From Trichoplax adhaerens (taxonomy: Eukaryota > Animalia > Placozoa), in NCBI RefSeq assembly GCF_000150275.1, contig NW_002060943.1, positions 2,570,462 to 2,634,461 on the forward strand: a stretch of DNA of 64,000 nucleotides, in the 5' to 3' direction. The translations under genes and the position numbers were made by a program. Every line of letters starts with the position of its first letter. Positions within the stretch are counted from its first letter, which is position 1. Positions 41,901-53,900 of this stretch are shown piece after piece. The notes beneath the pieces are model-generated. The model was given only the letters and a program-made list of their open reading frames with translations. It was not told the origin of the DNA and did no database searches.

Positions 41901-44900
41901 ATAAAATAAAGCATTTGGATATAAATCATTCATTTTTGCATTATGAGATCAACAATCTTGAATTCGTATCTCGATTGAATGAGCTAATATGAGTTCATAA
42001 GCCAAAGATAACCGCATCCTAATTAGTTTGTGTCTGAATATTAATCGTTGTACTGTACTGATGTTATATTACATCGTCAAATCATGAAGTAGTGTTGTAA
42101 CATGATTATGAGTACAAAGATAGAAAGGATCGATTATCCTTTTCCATACCGTCGTATCCGCTATACAAGTATGTTAACTATCTAGTGTAGAATAACAGAT
42201 CATAATTAATATTAATTCTTGTGTTGATTGATATCATATCGAAAAAGAAACAGTATCGTAACATGATTACGACTAGAAAGCAAGGAAAGGATCGATTTTT
42301 CTTTTTCCATACTATCGTATCCACTGTACCAGTATATATAGTATTAACTATCCAGTCTAGAATAACAGATGATAATTGATTTGTGTCTGTGAATATTCAT
42401 TCTTGTGATGATTTATATTTCATGGAAAAATAAGTAATGTCGTAACATGATTACGACTACAAAGATGGAAAAGAACGATTCTTCTTTTTTCATACTATCG
42501 TATCCATTATACGAGTATATTAACTATGCAGTGTCTCGATAATAGATCATCATTGGTTTGTGTCTGAATATTCATTCTTGTGTTGACTGATATTACATTG
42601 AAAAATAAGCAGTGTCGTAATATGATTACGACTACAAAGATGGAAAAGCTGGTTTCTTCTTTTCCATACTATACCATACCATCGTATCTACTATACGAAT
42701 ATTAACTATCCAGTCTAGAGAATATTGTTTGCACGAATTGTTTCTGATAAACATTTTAACCTAGTTTTGGGTTAAAGCTCTTTGATACAATAATTTCGAT
42801 AATCCTAAGGAAATCAAGGGTTTAGCGATAGCACATGGCAAGTGAAACATTATATTTGATGCCATCATCCCTGCTACAGAATATGAATCTCAACATGATA
42901 TAGACTAACTTATTTATTTCAATATGCGAAACACCAATTGTGCCTAGTTGTAGCACTCTTGCACCATCATACTGTTGCATGACGATGAAGTTCAGTGTAA
43001 TATGATAGCCATATGATGGAAAGAATGGACATAACATTATTCTTGCATTCAACATTGATGAATTGCTGCTGTCTAGAGTCTATAGTTTTAATCTCTGTCC
43101 TAATCTGCAGTTGATTTACAGTCAGTCAGGTTTAACTCTTTTATGTCAAACATGATAGTTATTAGATTGGAGGAATCCATTTCAGACGATCACATCCGGT
43201 ATTCGTTATTACTGTCTGCAGTGCCTAACAACCTTTGTAGCAGCAATACACGGTTGATTTACAGTCAAGTCGAATTCCATCACCTCTAACATGATTGCTA
43301 TAAAATTCAAGGAATCGATTAGTCCTTACCCTTACATTATTTCATACTGTGATTATCCTTTTCAATACTATTCTATCCAATATCATAATCGGCTTGTAGC
43401 TGGAAGCTAATTCCGAGCTGAATTCGATATTGTCATTTTAGCTTACAATTCAATCAAACGGTGTTATGACACGACTACGACTGCAAGGATAGCAGGAATT
43501 GATTAAATATCCTTTTGACACCAGCCAAGATCCATTGTCTAGTATCTACAGTAGTTGCTAATCCTTGTACTATCATGCTGGTGATTGATGATTTAGCTAA
43601 ACGCTTTTACCTTATGTAGAACAATGGGTAGGAAGCCTAGAGATGGATAGAATCAATTATCCTTTTTCAGACTGCCACATTTTCGGCCTGTGGTTGATTG
43701 TTATTTCTCATCCGAATTGATATCATGTCGTTCATTAGCAACGCAATGGAACGATATGATCCTACTGTACTTAGCTCCTTCTACTAGTATATTGTAGATT
43801 GACGGTCCAATCCAACAATTTTATAACTTGAACTAATAGAAAGATTGAGGGAATCCATCTAGTCCTGTTCGATACTATAGTATCCAATATCTCAATTGGT
43901 TGGTATCTAGGTGTTAATCCTTACAAAGTACATCATCTTGCTGATTGACAGTCTAGTCAAGCTAATCAAACTACAGTACTGTAGAAGATGGGTGAGATCG
44001 AGTTGGTAAAAAGATGATTTTGAACGATTGATTGTACGCTCTATTCGGATATCATCGATCCATCAGCCCATGGTATTAGTTTGTACTGTATATTGTTGTC
44101 TTTCCCTTCCAAAAATAGTCAAAGTTGATTTTTTTTGTCTATTTCTATTGTAATGTAGTGTTGGATTCTATCTCCTGCTGTGGAATCTCCTTTCATATCA
44201 TGACGTTGGAAATAAATAATGGAGGAGGATTTTGTATATTATACAGTAGATGAAAGCAAGAGAGAAGAGCGAGCGGGAAAAAATGAAGAAATGACATGAT
44301 TTTTACCTTTGGTCGTAGTGTGAGTAATGTATTTACCAAATTTTCCATCAATTCTTCACTGGTAATATACTCTCGTCCAGCAGAGAAAGTAATTTTTCGC
44401 GTTAATAATAAAATATTGATAATAGCAATAAGAGGACAAGGTCCATTAATATTTTGTGTGACTATAGGTGTTGACGTCTCTTTCCATTGGATCCATTTAA
44501 TTAGATAGAAATTGGTAGCTACCATTGGATCCATGGGTGAAGGTTGATTTTCTTCATCGTTGGCTTGCAGAGTTTGATCGTTGGGATCGCTAGAACATGG
44601 CTGATTGTTTTCTTCATCCTTGTCTTGAAGAGTTTGATCGTTGGAATCGCTAGAACATGGCTGATTGTTTTCTTCATCCTTGTCTGGAAGAGTTTGATCG
44701 TTGGAATCGCTAGAACATGGCTGATTGTTTTCTTCATCCTTGTCTTGAAGAGTTTGATGGTTGGGATCGCTAGGACATGGCTGATTGTTTTCTTCATTGT
44801 TGGCTTGAAGAGTTTGATGGTTGGGATCGCTAGGACATGGCTGATTGTTTTCTTCATCGTTGGCTTGCAGAGTTTGATGGTTGGGATCGCTAGGACATGG

Positions 44901-45686
44901 CTGATTGTTTTCTTCATCGTTGGCTTGAAGAGTTTGATGGTTGGGATCGCTAGGACATGACTGATTGTTTTCTTCATCCTTGTCTTGAAGAGTTTGATGG
45001 TTGGGATCGCTAGGACATGGCTGATTGTTTTCTTCATCGTTGGCTTGAAGAGTTTGATGGTTGGGATCGCTAGGACATGGCTGATTGTTTTCTTCATCCT
45101 TGTCTTGAAGAGTTTGATGGTTGGGATCGCTAGGACATGGCTGATTGTTTTCTTCATCGTTGTCTTGAAGAGTTTGATGGTTGGGATCGCTTGGACATGG
45201 CTGATAGATTGTTTCTTCATTTTTAACTACAGTCATGGTAACATTTTCATCATCACGACATTGGGCTTGATGACTGATATCGCTAGGAGTGTATTCTTTT
45301 GCTTGAGTTGTCGTTGTGGAATCCATGGGTGTCTGATCCTGCTGTTGATGGGATAGATCAGGATAGGTGATGTTGAAAGCTTCATCGATGGCTTGATCCA
45401 TGGCCATATCGAGCATGATTGTATCGTCTCCATCTTCATCATCATCTTGTTGTCCACTGAGCTTGCTAATATCATGACTGACTTGATGGGTGTCTATAGA
45501 CGATTGGATAGCATCCTTCTCTTGGTTATCCAGTAAATTCGTCTGTTGTACGTCGACATGGGCTATTTGCCTCTCTTCATCTTGCTGCTGATCGTTCTCC
45601 AGTTGTTTTGGTCTGGCAGTTTGATCATCATTGGCGGTAGCATTTTGTAGTGGATCACGGCGATGACAGTGTGCACTCTCTTCCAT
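38966..45686 (-). CDS. MINDY1/2 (FAM63)-family deubiquitinase, about 8 coding exons
   Basis: TQNINGPCPLIAI (catalytic Cys), GVDINVKF, LYHGWLVDPQ, TASQLTYHGL, FRNNHYS (catalytic His), LVTDIGY and VWETL. MIU-like helices DHMIALQEQ and EALAWRLQFDE. Last exon 38989-38966 reads DGNCCIL* (CaaX). MINDY1 cannot be distinguished from MINDY2 by eye. Confidence 0.93.
42010..42720. repeat. Diverged ~160-185 bp tandem repeat, 4 copies, in the first coding-region intron of MINDY
   Basis: GTAACATGATTACGACTACAAAGAT.GAAA recurs at about 42097, 42258, 42442 and 42617. Confidence 0.8.
44547..45203 (-). repeat. Coding 60-bp minisatellite, 11 copies (QPCPSDPNHQTLQ[D/A][K/N]DEENN)
   Basis: Exact 60-bp period, visible as near-identical consecutive sequence lines, in frame within the MINDY first coding exon. 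Confidence 0.97.
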
Positions 45687-45939
45687 TCTGTTGGGCCTTG
45701 ATAATCACCAATAGGATGGATAGAAGATGATTTCCAATCAATTTGGTCAATTGGATTGCATTCTATCCCATCAAAGTTAATGGCTTAAGAGTGGGAGACA
45801 CCAATGGATTGATTGTCTCCTTTTCCACCTAGGCAAATAGGCTGCAAATGTCGTCAAGGGTAGCAAACATGGCTGACGATGTTATAGTAAAAGGCTTGGC
45901 TGACATCAAGGAAGTAGCGGTTGGGGAGGGGGGATTGCG

Positions 45940-47840
45940 GTTGTACAGTACACCCGTACTTGTGAATGGCGTACTGTACACTGTACACTGTACTGGGCAG
46001 ATTGGATCTGTCCATCCATCGTCTCTGACTGTGCGGAGCGTACAGTGTACAGGTTACAGTCAGGGACTTGGAGACGAATACAGTACTGTACACTGTAGAC
46101 TGCAGGAAGGGTCAATCCATCCTGGGGTTAGTCCCACTTCTCATCCAGTACTTGTGACTGTAGTGTGTAGACAGGATCCAAGTGGAGAAAGGAGCTGATA
46201 CACTTACCATACAGTCCATACTGTGGGATATAGTTGCCCAAAAACATAAAATCATCTTTTATTGGCTATAATAATACTTTCTTAAGTAATGAAATCGAAA
46301 ATTCGTTCTGTTGGCTATTTCAACGTATCAACTTACATTCCTTTCCGTCACCACCCACTACAGTACAATCTGTACAGTACGCTTACGATACAAGTCTCGC
46401 CCAATGCATAATGTGCGATTGTGCGTACTGTAGGGTACAGTACTGTACTGTACACTGCTACACTGTTGGTGTACCATCTACAGTGAGTACAGTAGACTTT
46501 ACTGTACAGTACAGTACTGTGTATCAATGATGTGACGAGCTCCACTCAACACGATACGACATGGTCATAGAGAGTCTCTACAGTACTATAGTCTTCAGTC
46601 TACAGTCTACAGTCGGAGAAAGTACACGTGTACAGTACAGTGTACTGTAGGCCAATTGCCAACAGTCTACAGTACAACGGACAGTGTACAATGTACAGTA
46701 ATGTGACGTGTACAGTACTGTACAGTACTCCACTTAACACGATACTGTATGACATGGTTAGCTAACTTAGCTTCATCGAGAAGGTCTCTAGTCTTCTTCA
46801 GTCTACAGTCAACAGTCTACAATGTACAATCTACAGTCTACAATCGACAGTCTACAGCGACGAAAGTCCGTCGGCCAATTGTCCAGTCCATCTTGCTAGC
46901 AAGTTGGACTGGAAACCAAGAAACTCTTCAGTCTACAGTCTTCAGTCTTCAGTCTACAGTCTACAGTCTACAGCCTACAGTCTACAGTCGGAGAAAGTCC
47001 GTCGGCCAATTGTCCAGTCCATCTTGCTAGCAAGTTGGACTGGAAACCAAGAAACTCTGCAGTCGACAGTCTTCAGTCTACAGTCTACAGTCTACAGTCT
47101 ACAGTCTACAGTGGGAGAAAGTCCGTCGGCCAATTGTCCAGTCCATCTTGCTAGCAAGATGGACTGGAAACCAAGAAACTCTGCAGTCGACAGTCTTCAG
47201 TCTTCAGTCTACAGTCTACAGTCTACAGTCTACAGTGGGAGAAAGTCCGTCGGCCAATTGTCCAGTCCATCTTGTTAGCAAGTTGGACTGGAAACCAAGA
47301 AACTCTTCAGTCGACAGTCTACAGTACAGTCTACAGTCTACAGTCTACAGTACAGTCGTCAGTCGTCTGTCTTCAGTCTACAGTCTACAGTCTACTGTAC
47401 TGTACAGTGTACAGTACAGTACTGTACAATCGACAATCGATAGTCTACAGTCTACAGTCTACAATCGACAGTCTACAGTCTACTGTACTGTACAGTACGT
47501 ACTGTACAATCGACAATCGACAGTCTACAGTCTACAGTACAGTCTACAATCGACAGTCTACAGTACAGTCGACAGGTGGAGAAAGTCCGTCGGCCAATTG
47601 TCCAGTCCATCTTGCTAGCAAGTTGGACTGGAAACCAAGTACTGTACACTGTACAGTACAGTACTGTACTGTACTGTACACTGTACAGTCGTCAGTCGTC
47701 TGTCTTCAGTCTACAGTCTACAGTCTACAGTCTACAGTCTACAATCGACAGTCTACAGTCGACAGGTGGAGAAAGTCCGTCGGCCAATTGGCCCCCATTC
47801 AGTCATTGCCCATCTTGCTAGCAAGTTGGACTGGAAACCA
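45940..47840. repeat. TACAG/CTACAGT island with a core-plus-spacer array between divergent MINDY and TBC1D9
   Basis: (CTACAGT)n and GTACAGTAC tracts, with a ~60-bp core at 46862, 46993, 47117, 47241, 47581 and 47771. Confidence 0.93.
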
Positions 47841-47973
47841 ACCTGCTGCTGTTGCTGTTGCTAGCTTGTCCATGTTTTCTTCTCCAATTTGCTTGTAGTG
47901 TATTGCACTTTGTGTGTTATCGTTGGCATTGCAGCTTTCTCCACCTCTTGCATCACGATCGGCCAGCGCCGCT

Positions 47974-50900
47974 ATGTGGATCAAACCAGATGAAGTGTTA
48001 TTAACCAATGCATTATGGTAGGTAGATGCCAAGATGGCATGTTGTTGTTGTTGCCTTTTCTGCCACCATCAGTGGTGACAATATTGATATTTGTCCCATC
48101 TGGTCTAGCATATTTTTTTGGGGGGGCCAAGGTCTCCATCCTAAAGTAAGTAGACATGTCATGATGGCCAATCGATCTCTTCTTCATTGCCTTGACGTCA
48201 CGACAACCATGATGATCCACCATGATGAAATCATCATTGTACAAGATTGTAGCTAGGATAGTCATGATTGCGCCCAGTCATTTCCTTCTTGCATTGATGG
48301 TCTTTCTTTCTCTCTCTCTCTTCCTCGCTAGGGTGAATGAACGTTCCAATCACTTTTTTACCTTACAACGCCGGCGTGGACATGGCTCAACTGGATTGGC
48401 ATCGCTCTTTATTGGAACCATCGATAATGTCCTTGATTCAAAGGTAAATCTTTTCCATCACTTTATACAACTCTTGTAGCCAGGCAGGATACAGTAGTCG
48501 TACATCAACATTGCTAGGCATCATCAACACAACAGCCACTTACATCGCAAAGTACATGGAAAATGCTCCATTTCCATCATCATCAACTTTAGTTACAACC
48601 CTAATTATGCATACTTTACAGCATACTTGCAATCAACGATCTCAACCCAAGGATGCAATCCTTCCTTCCTTAGTTTATCCTCGATCGGGCCGATGGCCTG
48701 ATGCAAGGTATCCATTGGAAAATTTATCAGTCTACTACAGTCAAATACATCAATCTTGCAAGCATCCATTCTCATCACAAATCATCTTGCCCATGTTGAC
48801 ATCCTTGGATGATATGCGGATATCATGGCTAACCCTATCGTCCAGTTGTCAATCGTGACTAGTCTACTACAGACTGCCTCATGAAAACATGCAGCAAACA
48901 AATTCATTTTCCACCTTTTTTCCACTTTCCAACCACGATGGCAGCCTAGTCAAGATGGGTACTTGTATCTGTTTATGGGTGGACAATTTAAGGCCCACAA
49001 TGTTGTTGTACTCTATCGGCCAACATCAATTGTAATCAATTTTAGTTTACATCTGCTATCCTCCCCATGACTCTTAGCATACAGTACAGTACAGCAAGAT
49101 CCGTTATCCATTTGCTTATCTTTTCATTAATCCTAATTGATTCTTTTCTCCTTCTGCCCAATGGATTAGCCGGCGCCTTACCGAATTTTATCTCAAACAA
49201 CCAACACGGAAATTAGCTATGGTAAGTCTATTTGGAGCTCAATTTTTTTTTCCAAGGGGGAGGAATACGCTTGAGTTCATCTCTCATCTACTTCCATCTT
49301 TTGTATCCCTCTATTTGCCTGTTTATTATTTAAAACATGTCCACTACTACCCAACGGTTATTCAACAACAACCTAAACCATGACTACTGTACTATAACAA
49401 GATTCCCGCTGCCTAGAAGGATAACAAGCTGAAGACAACCTTTCCACATAGACCATATTGATCCATGCTTCATGGATTACAACTCTTTTCTTTCTTTTTT
49501 TAATTTTAACCCATTCAAACTACCATAGCGTTGTATTAGATCCAAACCAAGTCTAAATTATAATCTTCTTGCAAATGTGCATGATCAATAAGTGGTGTAG
49601 AGCTAGAACTGCAATCAATGATTAATCAATCGTTCAACGATCGATTCATGAATGGGTGCTTGCAAAACAATCATCCTATGGGGAAAACAACGTCAATGAT
49701 TGTTGCCATTTTCTTCTGCCATAGCCAATTGGTGTTGTGAAAAATGGCTGATAGTACGATATGCTGTAGGATAGCTATCGATAAATTGTACATTGCCTGC
49801 CCAGGAAAGAGTGATTCTTTATCATCAATCGATCCTTGGTCTCCCATCGTGCCCTACCAAGTCTGTTTGTAGGCCAACAATCATCGCAGATGGCAAAGTT
49901 TGTCCATTGCTTACGATCGTTAATCACCTTCTTAAAGTCCTTACGTTACCAATAGTCTACAAGATAGACTGAGCAAGGATAGCACACTCAACAAAAATAC
50001 CTATGGCGATGGATGAGATCCAGTGTCATTTTACTCTTACAAAAGGATTCCAAAAATACGGTAGAAAATAGACTAGCAAAATGAGGACTAAGCAAGGGTA
50101 GCATGCTGAACAAATTCTCTACATGTTGTAATGACTACAAGTCCTCACTTTCCTTTTGATTACTCGCTTATTTTGCGTCCATTTTTTCTTTGGGAGGGGG
50201 AGCCAGTAATCCCTAGTATCAAAGAATGCACAACAGCAAGGATAACGTAGTAAATGGCGACTGGTTAGAATGACTACAAATCCTCATTTTACTTTGACAA
50301 CATGGAAAAAAATAGGATATGGTACGATGGCTACAACTTCTCGCTGTATTTTTAGAACATAGACGATAACATAGCAAGCGCATACTGCGATAAATGAAAT
50401 CGCTCTCTTTCCTTTCACCAAGGGGTGCACAAGATTGAGGAGAACGTGCCAAGTAAAATCTTGCACCCCTTGATTACCCACTGCCATTTACATTGAATTC
50501 AATGTAAAGCGTCAGCAATAATGTTCCTAAATAGATGGCTATCAACACTGGATTGTCAATCAGAAAATGATAGTTTACATCCCTAGCATGGATGAACTAT
50601 TCTAGCCAACATCCAACATGCATGTTGTCCATTTTCCCACGATAGCAAACTGTCAATAATATCCACTAATTACTCCATTGAATGCGGAGGAAATCAATAT
50701 CAAAGTGCAATAGATCCATATCGGCCATGGACAAGATCATATTATCCAAGCATGGTAGCAACCAATACTCCTGAGAAAGGACCATTGTGAGATCGCAATG
50801 GAAGTACTATGTCTTCTACTCGGCTACCTTACTATTGACATTGGCAAGTATTGCATTTCTGCTATAATCCATGAATAGCAGACAATCACTTGATTAAAAT

Positions 50901-53900
50901 TGTCTGCTTCCAAGTTCAAAAGGCTGGGCGAACATATTGTCCAGTGGACATAGCCTACTGTCCATACGCAAGACAACGACGACTTGCATTCATGTTGTTC
51001 TTCGCCATTTTCCTTTTTCATCGACTAGCCTGCTGGCATGCAACCTTGTTGTCATAAATTGCATGCACTCTTTTTTGCCGCTAGTCCTTGCTATCCACAT
51101 CATGTTTGGTCTCTAATCTTGACAACAATGGATACTCTCCTATCCTCAAAGCATCGGCTAGGAAACCTGATGTTATGGATATATTAGACGAATGTCTGCA
51201 TTGAGTATTGTTGTCATGGACATGATGGACTACTTTTCCCAATACTGTCTCCATCCTATTTGGTCCAAGATGTTGACAAAAATGGATCTTTCCCTATCCT
51301 CCAACGACTTACTGTAGATACATCGGCTTTGCTGTATCTAAAAAAGTAGATTCCCTATCAAGTAACCCTAGGCGATGTTGATATCAAACTAATGTCTACA
51401 TTTAGTAGTATTTTTGTCATGGATATGATGGACCACTTTTCCCAATACTGTCTCTATCCTATTTGGTCCAAGATGTGGACAAAAATGGATCTTTCCCTAT
51501 CCTCCAACAACTTACTGTAGATACATCGGCTTTGCTGTATCTAAAAAAGTAGATTCCCTATCAAGTAACCCTAGGCGATGTTGATATCAAACTAATGTCT
51601 ACATTTAGTAGTATTTTTGTCATGGATATGATGGACCACTTTTCCCAATACTGTCTCTATCCTATTTGGTCCAAGATGTGGACAAAAATGGATCTTTCCC
51701 TATCCTCCAACGACTTACTGTAGATACATCGGCTTTGCTGTATCTAAAAAAGTAGATTCCCTATCAAGTAACCCTAGGCGATGTTGATATCAAACTAATG
51801 TCTACATTTAGTAGTATTGTTATCATGGGCATGATGGACTACTTTTCCCAATACTGTTGTCGTTGCGATCCACATCATGTTTGGTCGAGGATCTTGATAA
51901 GAATGAATATTCTCCTATCCTCCAATATTTCCACTATGGAAAATTGCGAAATCAGCTTAAACAAATAACAAACATGGAGGATTCCTAAATCAACCTTGAC
52001 AGTAACTTTCAAGTGAAAATCAACACCCTGCTACAAGTCCAATCCATTTCCTTTTACTACTCTATATCCCATTGAAGACACTTTGGTCGAGGCCAAGGAT
52101 AAGTCTAAAACGAATGGATCGAATACAACCTACAGTAGTCTACATTAGCGCAAGGCAACCCATTTCCCTTGGATCAAAGTATGACTACCTTGAATCTACT
52201 CTCAATCAACAGTCTATCCAATATCTCAAAAGATAGAAACTTGATTATTCCCTTCTTTGATCTCATTTGTAATTCTTTTACTCTACTCTCTCTATTCATT
52301 ATTTTGCTTGTATTTATTTACTTAAAAGGCCACAATAGAATCGATTTCAATAATATCCATGAATAGTAGATACATAGGATATTGTTATCGTGGTATCCCT
52401 ATTTTGTCGGAGGAAAGAGGGACATTTTCGCTCTCAGTAAAGCACTGCATCCTATCTTCCAAGACGAGTAAGTTCTTGAAATGCCTTGAAAAGACGACAC
52501 CGCTTCCAAAGATCCCACAACTATTCCAGTATCGATCAGTAAAATCAACTCATTTCTTGACTAACATCATCACTTGCTGGAAAAAATCGATCCATTGAAG
52601 AGTACATCATTAATGGGACTGATTCTATCTATATACTGTAATTATCATCAGTCTCCATTCAGTTTAGCATCCAATTGATTGTATTCTCTATTTGCAATGG
52701 TATTGACTTTCATTCAATCTTAATTACCAGAATATCCAATAATTTGGTCAATAATATTGACTGTGCACCTGTCTACATGTACAAATCGACTATGATTGAT
52801 ATAGTGATCGACGATAGAATATAGAATGACATTGTTGCATGCAAGGTGAGGAATAATGCCAATAGATTAGTAGTATTTCTAATTGATGAAGAAAATCATC
52901 AACAACCATGATGGATTGATTCAAACAATACACGAGTGTTATTCAGAATAGGAGTGAAATCTTAGGATAGAGGAAGAAAAGTCCTCAAGAGCTACAAATG
53001 ATTGCTATGCGATGACGCCATTCTACTAAATGGATTAATGATGCACATAGACTATTCTAATTGTCGCCAAGTCGTTCATTGAATGCTATTACTAATAGAC
53101 AAGAGATCTGCGATGATACCATCTTATTCTACGACAAGGCCTAGCGATCTTTAGCGCTAACGATAAAATACTAAACTGTAATCGTCTACTAAGGAATTTT
53201 CTGAACTTCAACAAATTGTCCTCGGTCATTTTCAGCTCATGTCATCGATTTCCACTAGGAAGGGAAAAAATGATTATCGTTGCATCGAGAACCGCATAGT
53301 CATTCATTTGCTATCGATACAGTATATGGATACAAAAATTCCAGTAAAAGTGAAAAATATCTACTATACTGCATGTAAAATATCCTTTCAAACTAGAGCA
53401 ACAGTAGAAGAAAATAGTTGTTGACTCGATAGCCATTCAAATATCAATAATGAATTACTGTAATTCTATCAATTATTGACCTAAAGAATAGCAGCAAAGT
53501 ACAATCGATTATGATAGAAAGCTTTTATTTTCCAAATACTTTATTAATTAAATTAATGGAAAACACGTTGATCTTATTTTGGGGATGCTATTGTTGTCAT
53601 CCTGTAAGCCTATAAATTTGCAATCTCTTATCCGTTGTAATGTAATTTAGGCTATTACAGGTATGATGATGGCTCTTGTTCGCTTAATCAGACTAATTGT
53701 GTTCTACTTTGCTTGACTTAATAGTTATTGCTGCTGGATTAACTCGTGAAGAAATTATGGAGCATTGGCTGTGGCTGGAAGAAAATTTACTTCCAACTTT
53801 AGGTAATTACTGATTGGATTAAATATCAATCAGATGAAACAATTTTTATTCTGGACGCCATTCTCTTAAAAATTTCAATGTTTAATACATTTTAAAAATG

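Noticed and set aside
44519-45356. Alternative-frame and antisense ORFs over the 60-bp repeat
   Set aside because: They are open only because the repeat unit lacks stops in those frames. Only the MINDY frame connects to a conserved domain.
46862-47840. CRISPR-like repeat-spacer appearance
   Set aside because: Eukaryotic context, ~60-bp repeats, spacers made of simple CTACAGT tracts of very unequal length, and no cas genes.
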